DNA of 55,746 nt, taken from assembly GCA_036378375.1 (NCBI GenBank), contig DASUWQ010000242.1:1-55746 (forward strand), written 5' to 3'. Below, in pieces: positions 16,077 through 25,393 of this stretch; position 1 is the first letter of the stretch, and every line of letters begins with the position of its first letter. The notes under the pieces were generated by a model, which had not been told where the DNA came from, searched no databases, and worked only from the letters and a program-made list of their open reading frames with translations. The DNA comes from Chthoniobacterales bacterium. Lineage in GTDB: Bacteria; Verrucomicrobiota; Verrucomicrobiia; Chthoniobacterales; JAFAMB01. Made by a program: the position numbers and the translations under genes.

Positions 16077-19000
16077 ATGTCTACATCCTTAGCTCCCCTT
16101 TCCGCTCGAGCTCGCTATCTCCACGAGCGGTTGGCCGAGCAACCAGCCGGAGTCCCGGCAGCTCCGGAACCCGGAGACGATTTCCGCAATTGGAAGCAGG
16201 TATTCACCGCCGGAACCTATGACCGATTCTCTGCCCGCTTGAGATCGCTTGGTATTTCTGAAGAGCAGGCAGTTTATCTCACCGCAGAGGCGCCTACGTC
16301 CGCGACCCAACAGGATTCATGGGAAGAAGTCCTAAACCAGGCGCTCCAGTATCCCGCTGTCGGTTTGGAGGGGAGTGAGGCATTGCCATTTTCAGTTCTC
16401 TGGCTACCCCTTGTCGCGTTCGCTCGTCAGAACCTATCTCCGTCATCCGGGATCGTAACGGTATCAGCAATCGATTCTTTGCTTCTTTCGCTCCTCCAAG
16501 AGATTTCCGAACTTGCCTCGTTCCCTACTTTCGAGCAATTCTCTCAACACCGGCAGAACGGCGGCAGTTTTGAGACCTTTATCCAAAGCGTTCGCCAAAA
16601 CGATTACCGAATCTTGTTCGAACGATTTCCGGTTTTGGCCCGTCAGATCAGCCATTTGCTCACGTCCTGGATTAGTTCCACTAGCACATTCCTGGAGCGT
16701 CTTCGAACCGACTTTTCTGAGGTAGTCGCTTTAATTCAGTCGGAAAGTCCCTCCCCAAAACTCGTTCGCACAAAAACAGGTATCGCCGATCGGCACGATG
16801 ATGGGAAGCAAGTGATTTTGCTGATTTTCGATGACGGCAAGCAGGTGTTATACAAGCCCAAAGACCTCTCCATCGCTGAAGCGCTCAGTCGAGTTGATCG
16901 CTGGCTTGTTGACGGCGGATTCACCGCGGCTTGGCGCCTGGTGCGCTTCATCAAGCGAGAGGGGTATGGCTGGGAAGAGTTTGTCGAACAATGTCCCTGC
17001 CAAAGCGAGCAGGAAGTCCGGCACTATTACCAAGGCGGTGGAGAGCTTCTCTGTCTGGCATATCTACTGAACGGCTGTGATCTGGGATTCGAGAATGTGA
17101 TTGCTGCAGGCGATCGCCCGGTTCCTATCGACACAGAATCTTTTTTTCACCCTGGACGCGGTAGTGCGAAGTTCGAATCGACACCGGGCACCGCACACAT
17201 TTTCGAACTCGGAAGTCCGTCGGTGATCGAAACCGGTTTGTTGCCCTTCTGGCAGTTAAGCGCCTCTCATGTACCCGCAGACTATTGTGGCCTGGGAAGC
17301 GGCTTTGTCGACCTCTCGCACACTACCGTGATGGAGTGGGAAAATTTGAACTCGAGCCGGATGCGCTCAATCACCAAGCCGCGATCACCGAGGCAAGCCG
17401 GCAACACTGTCCGTTTAGGAAATGAGGTCCAAGATGTGCGGCGCTACCAAGCTGAACTGATAGCCGGGTTTGGCCGGCTATACCATTTCGTCTTAGATCG
17501 GAAAACGGAGTTTCGGCAGCTAATCGGCCAATTCGGCGAAAGCAAGACCAGGTTCGTTTATCGGCCGACTACCCTTTATGGCCTCCTGCTGAAGCAAGCG
17601 CGTTCTCCCAAATGTCTGACCTCTGGCGTACGCCATAGCACGGTTTATGAGCAGCTTTATCGTGTCCCGTTGCGAGACAACGCACTAACACCAGAAACCA
17701 AAAAGTTGATCGACTTCGAGGTTCGGTCGTTGCTCGGCTTGGATATACCGAGATTCCATATTCAACTCAACAGCACGGACTTACTTGGTCAAGATTTCAG
17801 CCTGCCCAATGCGGCCCGAAAGAAGCCGATCGAAGTGGTTTTCGAACGAATCGCTGCAATGGGAGCAGACGATCTCCAGTTTCAAACGGAGGTGATCGAA
17901 GAATCGCTGAGACGCTTTCCAGCGAGTATCAAAAAGCCGTTAACCGGATCGCAGGCCGAGCTAATCGTCCGGCAGTTTGCTACCGAATTAACGCAGCGGA
18001 TCAATAAATCGGAAAGCTCGTTTTTGTGGGATCCACCGACTTATCTGCCGCGCGATCTCAGCGCTGCTCACCGCGAAGGAATCTATCTCGGAGATATGGG
18101 TCCGCTCATTTTTCTCGCGGCGGCAGACCGGCTAACAGGACCAGCTTTCCCGACACGCCAAGCATCGAGGTTCTTGGAAAGGCTAGCTAATTTCGAGCCG
18201 CCTGGTGACTATCCTCCCGGCATTTGCAATGGAGTGGGAGCACTGATTTATGGAGCTTTGGTTCTGGCCAAGCTGACTGGCGACGAAGATTGGACTACGC
18301 TCGCTCTATCGCTGAATAAAAGAGTCAAATTTAGACCGGATAAGGATGAGCCTGACATAATCTCCGGTGTGGCGGGGTTGTTAGTGGCGCTCACGCGACT
18401 TTATCAGGTCACTAGGGACGGCGACGCAGCCGCTAACGCGTTCACCGCCGCTCAGATGTTAGCGGCTCGTTACCATCCCGAACTTGGCTGGCCTAGATCC
18501 GACGGCGATTCTTATGTCGGCTTTGCTCATGGCTTAGCGGGCATAGGTTTTGCCTTGACCCAATATGGTTGCGCTTTCTCCGATCCCCAGTTCAGCGAAA
18601 TCGTTGAGCGCGCGTTCAAGCTGGAGAGAGATCTTTTTGACCCCACAAACAGTTCTTGGCCGATCGCCGTGCGAGGGCCTCAAGGTTCTCTCAATAACTG
18701 GTGCAACGGCACTGCCGGGATTCTCTTAGCCATGGCCGGCGTCCCCACACCACAAAAGCTATCCGGCGACCAGCTGGACGTCATCGTTGAGAAGATCCGC
18801 CACCGAGGCAGCATGGATCACTGGTGTTGCGGGAACTTCGGGATTGCTGAGGTCCTGAGCTATATCGCCACAGAGGAAAATCGCCCTGAAATCCAGACTA
18901 AGAGCGCGGATCTCCTCGAGCAAAGTCTCGAACGGGGCCTGCAAGGAGCGTTCTTCCGTCTTCAACAGAGTGTGGGTGAAAACTTCTGCTTCTCGCCGAG

Positions 19001-19091
19001 TCTGTTCCGAGGAACCTCTGGGATCGGCTATTCGCTGCTGCGTTTTGCGCATCCCGGCGAGCTTCCGTGTATTTTGGCGTTTGAGGTGTAG
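16077..19091 (+). CDS. lanM: Class II lanthipeptide synthetase LanM (N-terminal dehydratase, C-terminal LanC-like cyclase), ProcM-like CCG subtype
   Basis: 1004 aa. The dehydratase motif is DLGFENVIAAGDRPVPIDTESFF. The cyclase motifs are FAHGLAGIG, NNWCNGTAGIL, HWCCGNFGIAE and GTSGIGYSLL. It lies immediately downstream of the precursor genes. Confidence 0.93.
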   Translation: MSTSLAPLSARARYLHERLAEQPAGVPAAPEPGDDFRNWKQVFTAGTYDRFSARLRSLGISEEQAVYLTAEAPTSATQQDSWEEVLNQALQYPAVGLEGSEALPFSVLWLPLVAFARQNLSPSSGIVTVSAIDSLLLSLLQEISELASFPTFEQFSQHRQNGGSFETFIQSVRQNDYRILFERFPVLARQISHLLTSWISSTSTFLERLRTDFSEVVALIQSESPSPKLVRTKTGIADRHDDGKQVILLIFDDGKQVLYKPKDLSIAEALSRVDRWLVDGGFTAAWRLVRFIKREGYGWEEFVEQCPCQSEQEVRHYYQGGGELLCLAYLLNGCDLGFENVIAAGDRPVPIDTESFFHPGRGSAKFESTPGTAHIFELGSPSVIETGLLPFWQLSASHVPADYCGLGSGFVDLSHTTVMEWENLNSSRMRSITKPRSPRQAGNTVRLGNEVQDVRRYQAELIAGFGRLYHFVLDRKTEFRQLIGQFGESKTRFVYRPTTLYGLLLKQARSPKCLTSGVRHSTVYEQLYRVPLRDNALTPETKKLIDFEVRSLLGLDIPRFHIQLNSTDLLGQDFSLPNAARKKPIEVVFERIAAMGADDLQFQTEVIEESLRRFPASIKKPLTGSQAELIVRQFATELTQRINKSESSFLWDPPTYLPRDLSAAHREGIYLGDMGPLIFLAAADRLTGPAFPTRQASRFLERLANFEPPGDYPPGICNGVGALIYGALVLAKLTGDEDWTTLALSLNKRVKFRPDKDEPDIISGVAGLLVALTRLYQVTRDGDAAANAFTAAQMLAARYHPELGWPRSDGDSYVGFAHGLAGIGFALTQYGCAFSDPQFSEIVERAFKLERDLFDPTNSSWPIAVRGPQGSLNNWCNGTAGILLAMAGVPTPQKLSGDQLDVIVEKIRHRGSMDHWCCGNFGIAEVLSYIATEENRPEIQTKSADLLEQSLERGLQGAFFRLQQSVGENFCFSPSLFRGTSGIGYSLLRFAHPGELPCILAFEV

Positions 19092-19097
19092 CAGGAA

Positions 19098-19235
19098 ATC
19101 GTCCTCGTCCTCGAAAGGCGCGACTAACATGTGTGGCGCTGTTACCAAGGGCGACATTTCCAACGGCAAATGCTATCCGCCGAACACGCGCAAAACATAT
19201 CGAGGACGAGGACGACGACGAGTACGAGGACGATC
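19098..19235. repeat. Inverted-repeat element with acidic-codon module (TCGTCCTCGTCCTCGA ... TCGAGGACGAGGACGACGACGAG)
   Basis: The 16-nt arms lie at 19099-19114 and 19200-19215. The module TCGAGGACGAGGACGACGACGAG recurs at 25022-25044 inside another repeat. Confidence 0.7.
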
Positions 19236-19344
19236 CTGAATAGCCGCCCGCTGGGTAATTCCTGGGAGCGGCTTGCTGCGAATTTGCATACCTGCCAAGC
19301 TATAAAGTAGCTCCCATATCGCCGACGAGTGCCAGACCGCCATT

Positions 19345-19782
19345 ATGGACCTCACCTACACCCTACAACCCGAGCCGACGCCCGAGGAAAGGTGTCGCAT
19401 CATTGATCCACTAATCGCTTACAACGAGGAAAAAGCAGGGCCGCGAAACTCTAAAGAATTCGCGTTTTCAGTGCATTCGGAGACCGGCGAATTCGTTGGA
19501 GGCTTGTTAGGCTTTACCCACTGGAACCATTTTTTTGTCTCAGCAGTCTTTGTCGACCAGCAATTTCGGAGACAAGGTGTCGGGCGCGAACTCCTGAACC
19601 GCGCAGAAGCATTGGCGCTCCAGCAAGAGTGCGACGTGATCTATTTAGACACTTTCGATTATCAGGCACCCGGGTTCTACGAAAAACTCGGCTTTAAAGT
19701 CTTCGGCACGTTGGAAGACTATCCGCCCGGCCACCGACGTTTCTATTTGGTAAAACGGCTTCGGGGCGCAGAGGGCGCGTAA
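19345..19782 (+). CDS. GNAT-family N-acetyltransferase
   Basis: 145 aa with acetyl-CoA motif A, FRRQGVGRELLNRAE. Confidence 0.8.
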   Translation: MDLTYTLQPEPTPEERCRIIDPLIAYNEEKAGPRNSKEFAFSVHSETGEFVGGLLGFTHWNHFFVSAVFVDQQFRRQGVGRELLNRAEALALQQECDVIYLDTFDYQAPGFYEKLGFKVFGTLEDYPPGHRRFYLVKRLRGAEGA

Positions 19783-19809
19783 ATCCAGGTAGCCTAGAGA
19801 CTTCGGAAA

Positions 19810-19890
19810 CTTTGGCGGGGCGAGACTTCCGAACGTCCTTCGCGCTTTGCTAACCCTTGCAGGATGTGCGGGAGCCTCGCCCCACCAAAG
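19810..19890. repeat. Short (81-bp) member of the GGGAGCCTCGCCCCACCAAAG inverted-repeat family
   Basis: The arms are CTTTGGCGGGGCGAGACTTCCGAA and GGGAGCCTCGCCCCACCAAAG. Confidence 0.7.
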
Positions 19891-19925
19891 CTCGCCCCCG
19901 GCAATCACCTCTCACCAATCACTTC

Positions 19926-20306
19926 TCACTGCTGCTCAGCAGCGACCACCTTATTGTTCTCGCCCATAGTCGCGATCTTGGGTGCCGCTTCCCCATTTAG
20001 TCCCCGACGGTAGGTAATCAAGTTGCCGCTGCCGCCGGCTTGGATCACGCCAACCCCCTCGAGGATTACCTTGTTGTTAGTGCCTAACACCGAAACCGCC
20101 GAGCAATCACCCGTGATCGTCACCTCATCATCATGGCCGAGGATCTGAAACGTTTTGTTACCGCCGTCAAAAGACAACTTCTGATTCGACGCCATGACCT
20201 GTTGAGCGGTGTCCGTCCCGCGAACAACGCTTTGTCCAATAGCCAAAGACGCTGAACAGCCTACTATAGCTACAAACAAACGGAATCTTCCTGATAGGTT
20301 TTTCAT
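19926..20306 (-). CDS. Secreted hypothetical protein with one DUF3060-like repeat module
   Basis: Signal peptide, then the pattern FDGGNKTFQILGHDDEVTITGDCSAVSVLGTNNKVILEGVGVIQAGGSGNLITY. This is paralogous to the modules in 20858-21562. Confidence 0.6.
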   Translation of the reverse strand: MKNLSGRFRLFVAIVGCSASLAIGQSVVRGTDTAQQVMASNQKLSFDGGNKTFQILGHDDEVTITGDCSAVSVLGTNNKVILEGVGVIQAGGSGNLITYRRGLNGEAAPKIATMGENNKVVAAEQQ

Positions 20307-20372
20307 AGATAGTTAGAAGTGGAGGTCAACTCCCAGTAATTACACATCCGAGTCGGCGTAAGTTGCAACCGA

Positions 20373-20804
20373 TTAGAAATGAAAATCGTTGCGGCGAATC
20401 CGTTCGATGACCTCACCCTTAGTTTTGTGGAAACCTGGGACCACGGTTGTGGTTAAGATTTCTCCAGGCTGCTCCTCGAGACGGCTAGCGTAGGTTTCAA
20501 ATTCTGGGTCGTGCAGCAAACGCAATCCGTATAGACCCCACATCCGGCCCTCGGGCGTTCCATGAGAAAGCAACCAACGCATGCGAGTCGCCGCGTCTGG
20601 TTGTTTAAGCAGTAGTCGGAGCTCTCGCTGGTTTGAGTTCGGGCCAAAATAGAAAGGAGGAATGTCGACCTCCCAGGGACCGACATAAAACGTTTGCGCT
20701 CTGGCCAGATCATTCTGCCAGAGATCCGGAGAGATCGCCTTTACGGGCACGGCAACCAGCCCGAAGCAGCCCACTACGATGGCAAAGCAAACGCCACGCT
20801 TCAT
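20373..20804 (-). CDS. Secreted hypothetical protein
   Basis: 143-aa ORF with signal peptide MKRGVCFAIVVGCFGLVAVPVKA. No motif was recognised. Confidence 0.5.
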   Translation of the reverse strand: MKRGVCFAIVVGCFGLVAVPVKAISPDLWQNDLARAQTFYVGPWEVDIPPFYFGPNSNQRELRLLLKQPDAATRMRWLLSHGTPEGRMWGLYGLRLLHDPEFETYASRLEEQPGEILTTTVVPGFHKTKGEVIERIRRNDFHF

Positions 20805-20857
20805 GGGTAACCCTATACAACGAAGCTCAGCTGGTAGAAAAGAAGAAAGTGACTGTT

Positions 20858-21562
20858 TCAGTCTGCCTTCTCGACCTCATTATTCGAACCGTGAGCTTCC
20901 GAAACAACGTCTCCGGAGCTTAGAGATTGCTTGTAGGTCACGTCATTATTCGAGCCGTGGAATATCACTTTGGTGACCTGATCGATCTCGACGTCGTTGT
21001 TTGATCCATCGATTTCGAGTTGCTGGGCAACGCCGGTAAACACGAGAGAGTTATTGCTGCCAACCAATCTGACGTGCGGCTTATTGATCGGTCGCGTCTG
21101 GTTGTCATTGGTCAGGGTGACCAGCTGCACATCGCCGCTGTCCTCCGCAGACGGACCCGGCGCCGCCACATTAGCGGAATCCAGGCCAGCGACTTGCTTG
21201 GCCTCATTATCCTGCCCGATATTCGCGATAGCCGGGGTGTCACCGTTGAGCGTGCGCACATAAGATACCCGGTTCGAAGCGCCAATCATCTGGATGTCTC
21301 CCACCCGCTCCACTTCAACCGTGTTGCTATTGCCTATGACCTTCAGACTCGAACAATCCCCGTGAATCTGGATCTTGTTATTATCACCAGTAATCACCCT
21401 GGGTTTACCATCCCCGTTCATAGAAAGCGTCTGATTATTAGACGCGATCAGGGTTTGATTAAGAATCGGAATATCAACAGTAGCGGGCTGCTGCGCCGGA
21501 GCCATCTTCCCCGTCGCCATCAAGACTGCAATCGAGAGCGCGGCTAATACAGCTGTCCTCAT
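20858..21562 (-). CDS. Secreted hypothetical protein with two DUF3060-like repeat modules
   Basis: Signal peptide followed by two modules of the type G(D/S)NN.(I/V).(I/F).G.C/A..L.(V/I).G.(S)N(N/T)V.(V/I)..V..I...G(A)SN.V(S/T)Y. Confidence 0.6.
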   Translation of the reverse strand: MRTAVLAALSIAVLMATGKMAPAQQPATVDIPILNQTLIASNNQTLSMNGDGKPRVITGDNNKIQIHGDCSSLKVIGNSNTVEVERVGDIQMIGASNRVSYVRTLNGDTPAIANIGQDNEAKQVAGLDSANVAAPGPSAEDSGDVQLVTLTNDNQTRPINKPHVRLVGSNNSLVFTGVAQQLEIDGSNNDVEIDQVTKVIFHGSNNDVTYKQSLSSGDVVSEAHGSNNEVEKAD

Positions 21563-21656
21563 AGGTCTGCAAAGTTGAGCGGTTTATTGTTTTCCATCCT
21601 AGGCTTAACGCCTCATATCTCCTACCCCTCTAACCAGCAAAAAGTTGCGAAAAATT

Positions 21657-21959
21657 AACCGCGAATGCCCTCAAAGACGAAAAACCAAATCCAACCGCAG
21701 ATTAACGCAGATGTACGCAGATGGGGCGTAAGCACGAAGACGCGAACCGTGAATTGACACCCTTGACCAAAAATGGAAGCCAACTCTTTCGTGCCCGTTC
21801 GCACGGATTTTCCATACACAGCGTCAATGACTCGGGCCCTTACTTAATTATGCCGCCCGCGAACCACCGCCGCGCCCGCCTGATCTGCGTCAATCTGCGT
21901 TAATCTGCGGTTGGCCTTTAGTGTTTGGTCTTCGTGTCCATTCGTGTTCATTCGCGGTT
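21657..21959. repeat. About 300-bp nested inverted-repeat element (CCAACCGCAGATTAACGCAGAT family)
   Basis: The arm pair is CCAACCGCAGATTAACGCAGATGTACGCAGAT at 21691-21722 and ATCTGCGTCAATCTGCGTTAATCTGCGGTTGG at 21884-21914. The outer pair is AACCGCGAATG with CATTCGCGGTT. Confidence 0.75.
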
Positions 21960-21997
21960 TTGGTTGCGGCCCCGGATTTGTCATTCTATTGGCTGCA

Positions 21998-23374
21998 ATG
22001 AGGATTCTCTACGTGGACTGCTTCTCTGGGATCAGTGGCGACATGTTTGTCGGAGCACTGACCGATCTCGGAGTCGCGCCATCGGTATTCGAATGGGAAT
22101 TGACCAAGATCGCACTCGAAGACCATCACCTGCATTTCGAGCGCCAACAGCGCAAAGGGATCGCGGGGGTCAAGTTCGGGGTGCACGCCGGCGCAGTCCA
22201 CATCCACTCGGAACACGAGCATCACGAGGATCATGATCATCAGCACGAACACGATCATGGGGGGCATCACCAACATCACCACGAACACCACGAACACCAT
22301 GCATATGCGGGTAGCCTAGACAAGCCGTCTCCTGAGCAAACGACTGGCGACCAGAAGCCAGTCCTTAGCATTCATCGGACGTACCGGGACATCGTCCAGT
22401 TAATCGAAGAGAGCGATCTTTCCGATTTTACCAAGAAGCATAGTCTGGGGGTGTTTCGCCGCCTGGCGGTTGCCGAAGCGAAGATCCATGGGTGTCCGAT
22501 CGACGACGTCCGCTTCCACGAGGTCGGCGCACTCGATTCGATCGTCGATATCGTGCTCGCCTGCGTCGGGATCGAAAGCTTAGATGTGGCCGAGATCCAT
22601 TTTTCTCAAATGGTCGATGGCCAGGGTTCAATCCATTGCGCTCACGGCGAATATCCGATTCCCAGCCCGGCAACGATCGAAATTCTCGCCGGATTGCCTC
22701 TCACTCAAATTGCGGTGCCCTTTGAGTTGATCACGCCCACCGGCGCCGCCCTCGTAGCTGAATTTCAGAGTTCAGTCGGCACGTTCCCGGCGATCCGGCC
22801 TAGCAAAACCGGCTACGGGCTCGGTAGCCGAGATCTCCCCGAACGCGCAAACGTCCTCCGCGCAATCCTCGCGGACAAAATCGTCTCGACTGGTCCTGAG
22901 CGCCTGGTCGAAGTACAGGCAACCATCGATGATATGACCCCGGAACTTCTTGGGGCAGCAATCGATAAAATAAGGGAGGCTGGCGCCGCAGAAGCCTTTT
23001 TCTCTCCGGTCCAAATGAAAAAGAGTCGGCCAGGGATCTTGCTCACCACTCTTTGCCGTCCCGACCAGCTGGGAGAAGTCCAAGAAATGATCCTTCGGCA
23101 CACGTCGACCTTTGGGGTGCGTTACCGTGAAGTTGATCGTTTGGCTCTCGAGCGAACCTTCGTCTCGGTGACCACTCCGTACGGGTCTCTGGCGATCAAG
23201 CTGGGCATGCTGGGAGGAGAAGTGATTCAAGTGGCGCCCGAGTTTGAGGATTGCCACAAAGCTGCGGAGAAAGCTGGCGTGCCGATCAAAACCGTTTATG
23301 ACGCGGCGCTGCAGGGGTATTACCAAACGGTCCACGGTTCCCCGGTCGCTGTTCAAAGTTCACAGGGCTCATAA
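21998..23374 (+). CDS. larC: LarC-family nickel insertion protein (nickel-pincer cofactor biosynthesis, DUF111)
   Basis: MRILYVDCFSGISGDM N-terminus and the His-rich tract HSEHEHHEDHDHQHEHDHGGHHQHHHEHHEHH. The ORF-track start at 21911 lies inside the upstream repeat, so the ATG at 21998 is preferred. Confidence 0.88.
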   Translation: MRILYVDCFSGISGDMFVGALTDLGVAPSVFEWELTKIALEDHHLHFERQQRKGIAGVKFGVHAGAVHIHSEHEHHEDHDHQHEHDHGGHHQHHHEHHEHHAYAGSLDKPSPEQTTGDQKPVLSIHRTYRDIVQLIEESDLSDFTKKHSLGVFRRLAVAEAKIHGCPIDDVRFHEVGALDSIVDIVLACVGIESLDVAEIHFSQMVDGQGSIHCAHGEYPIPSPATIEILAGLPLTQIAVPFELITPTGAALVAEFQSSVGTFPAIRPSKTGYGLGSRDLPERANVLRAILADKIVSTGPERLVEVQATIDDMTPELLGAAIDKIREAGAAEAFFSPVQMKKSRPGILLTTLCRPDQLGEVQEMILRHTSTFGVRYREVDRLALERTFVSVTTPYGSLAIKLGMLGGEVIQVAPEFEDCHKAAEKAGVPIKTVYDAALQGYYQTVHGSPVAVQSSQGS

Positions 23375-23419
23375 GTGGCATTCTGACGGGACGCGGAGGG
23401 CACGGCGACACCCAAGGAC

Positions 23420-23596
23420 AGCTCCGTAGGAGCGAAATCTTTACAGTTTGAGCCAAAAAAACGGGACCAGCTCCGGAGGGGCGACCTAGAGTTGGAGACC
23501 TCGGCTAGGCCTGACCACATATTCTTAGATGCCGCTCCTACGGAGCTGACTGCCTTCGTGTTGCTGCCGCTATATAGATTGCGCTCCTACGGAGCT
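23420..23596. repeat. Cluster of three AGCTCCGTAGGAGCG / CGCTCCTACGGAGCT repeat units
   Basis: The units lie at 23420-23434 (one orientation) and at 23533-23547 and 23582-23596 (opposite orientation). Confidence 0.7.
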
Positions 23597-23726
23597 CCGG
23601 TCGGGAAAACGGACAACTTCCAGCCGGTTCCTGTTTCGAGACAAGCGAGCGAACGACCGAATCAACCTATTGCCGCGCAAAAAGTTGTTGAAGTCACCCC
23701 TCAAAAGGCGTTGGGTGCTGATTGGT

Positions 23727-24704
23727 ATGAGCACCGAAACTCTTGAAAAGCTTTCACAGCTTGATCAGCTCAAACAGTTCACGAAAGTCGTAGCTGACAC
23801 CGGCGACTTCGAGAGCATTCAACAATTCAAGCCCCAGGACTCGACGACTAATCCAAGTCTCATTTTCGCGGCGGTTTCGCAGTCTGAATACGCCCATCTG
23901 CTGGACGAAGTCATCGCCAATTTGAAGTCTTCCCCGTTATCCGGTGCAGCGAAGATCGAAGATGTAATCGACCATTTGCTGATCGCATTCGGGTTAGAAA
24001 TTTTGAAGATCGTTCCGGGCCGGGTCTCGACCGAAACAGACGCGCGACTTTCTTTTGATCGGGAAGGCTCGATCAAGAAAGCTCGGCAACTGATCGGTCT
24101 CTACGAAAAGAACGGCATCTCCCGCGAACGCGTGTTGATCAAGATCGCCTCGACTTGGGAAGGGATTAAGGCGGCAGAACAGCTTCAGAAGGAAGGGATC
24201 AATTGCAATCTTACGTTGCTCTTCTCATTCCCTCAGGCGGTAGCATGCGCCGAAGCCGAGGTACGGCTGATCTCGCCATTTGTGGGCCGGATTTATGACT
24301 GGTACAAAGCGTCGACTGGAAAAGAATATCACGGCGCCGAGGATCCGGGGGTTATCTCGGTAACCAAGATCTACAATTACTACAAGAAGTACGGCTATCA
24401 GACCCAGGTGATGGGCGCAAGCTTCCGAAACACGGGTGAAATTATTGAACTGGCGGGGAGCGATCTACTTACCATCAGCCCGAAACTTCTGGCTGAGTTG
24501 AGCGCCTCCAACGCCCCACTCACGCGGAAACTATCGCCGGAAACCGCAAAGACGAGCGACCTTGAGAAGGTCAGTTTTGATGAAAAAGCATTCCGATTCG
24601 CGCTGAACGAGGATCCGATGGCGACTGAAAAATTAGCGGAAGGTATCCGTAAATTCTCAGCCGATATCGTGAAACTCGAGCAGATGATCGCGGCCAAGCT
24701 GTAG
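23727..24704 (+). CDS. tal: Transaldolase
   Basis: [37 protein letters not shown] and the active-site context KIASTWEGI. The upstream extension to 23670 runs into a repeat region. Confidence 0.92.
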   Translation: MSTETLEKLSQLDQLKQFTKVVADTGDFESIQQFKPQDSTTNPSLIFAAVSQSEYAHLLDEVIANLKSSPLSGAAKIEDVIDHLLIAFGLEILKIVPGRVSTETDARLSFDREGSIKKARQLIGLYEKNGISRERVLIKIASTWEGIKAAEQLQKEGINCNLTLLFSFPQAVACAEAEVRLISPFVGRIYDWYKASTGKEYHGAEDPGVISVTKIYNYYKKYGYQTQVMGASFRNTGEIIELAGSDLLTISPKLLAELSASNAPLTRKLSPETAKTSDLEKVSFDEKAFRFALNEDPMATEKLAEGIRKFSADIVKLEQMIAAKL

Positions 24705-24853
24705 AAGCGCGGCGCTGCAAGCGTTCTGATCTTAGGAGCTTACGTTTTCAGGCGGTCCTCTTTTGAGGGCCGCCTTCGATTTTTGTACCGACTTGTCCAC
24801 GGTCGTCAGGACGACGAAGGAGGAAGTGAATTAAGGAATAAACCGCGGTCGGA

Positions 24854-25208
24854 CCTTGCCGCGAAGCGGCTCTACAGAACAGCCCAGGGCTTTAGCCCTG
24901 GGTCATGCATAGCGCGAAATCGCCCTGAAAGCATCTCCAACCCCGCGGCGGGTGCAATTCGGACGAAGCACATAGATACATTCCAGCCGAAATAGCTGCC
25001 AACAAACCCTTTCGAGGACGAGGACGACGACGAGGATGAGAACGATGTGCCTCACGAGTGGCGACCGACGAACGTCTTGAGATTGCTCGGGTGTTATTCC
25101 ACCGACCGGCCCACAACATCGGGTGCCACTTTCAGGGCACCTTTCGCAAACCACCTGACCCAGGGCTGAAGCCCTGGGCTGTTCTGTAGCGCCGCTTCGC
25201 GGCAAAGG
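24854..25208. repeat. 355-bp element bounded by about 50-bp near-perfect inverted repeats; each arm is itself a hairpin
   Basis: The left arm is CCTTGCCGCGAAGCGGCTCTACAGAACAGCCCAGGGCTTTAGCCCTGGGTCA, and the right arm is its reverse complement with 2 substitutions and 1 indel. Each arm contains the internal palindrome CCCAGGGCT-NN-AGCCCTGGG. The interior carries the GAGGACGAGGACGACGACGAG module. Confidence 0.8.
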
Positions 25209-25393
25209 CTGACACGTCCATTCGGAGAGGCCATTTCTTTTTTATTCCGTACCCGGGGTTAAACCCCCTGGGTTGACTCGTTAAGCCTCTTCGGGACGAT
25301 TTGGAACGCCAGTGTCCCCAAAATCCTCCGCCTCGGAAATTGCAAACTGGCTCTGGTCGCGATTTATTGTTGGTTTGATTGCGATGACTGAGA

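Noticed and set aside
19129-19239. 36-aa Arg-rich ORF (MCGAVTKGDISNGKCYPPNTRKTYRGRGRRRVRGRS) just after lanM, considered as an immunity protein or extra peptide
   Set aside because: Its Arg-rich tail is simply the GAGGACGAGGACGACGACGAG repeat module read in another frame. The same module occurs in an unrelated intergenic repeat at about 25022.
19345-19782. GNAT acetyltransferase as a tailoring enzyme of the lanthipeptide cluster
   Set aside because: It is separated from lanM by 253 bp that contain a dispersed repeat, and it is a generic small GNAT. Linkage cannot be supported from this window alone.
21721-21997. ORF 21721-21903 and the first 29 codons of the ORF-track larC model
   Set aside because: Both run through the 21657-21959 inverted-repeat element. 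The conserved LarC N-terminus MRILYVDCFSGISGD begins at the ATG at 21998.
22198-22300. Long His/Glu/Asp-rich low-complexity tract
   Set aside because: This is a normal His-rich metal-binding region of LarC-family proteins, not a repeat expansion or artefact.
20997-23356. Large antisense or internal ORFs such as 21020-21547 and 22772-23356 (also 48402-49013, 44219-45718 and 33698-34337 elsewhere)
   Set aside because: Each lies opposite or inside a CDS with clear family motifs, and none shows a recognisable motif of its own. They are typical shadow ORFs.
23492-25205. ORFs 23492-23746, 24783-24995, 24892-25119 and 24903-25205
   Set aside because: All are embedded in the AGCTCCGTAGGAGCG repeat cluster or in the 355-bp inverted-repeat element. 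Opposite-strand ORFs mirror each other, as expected for palindromes.
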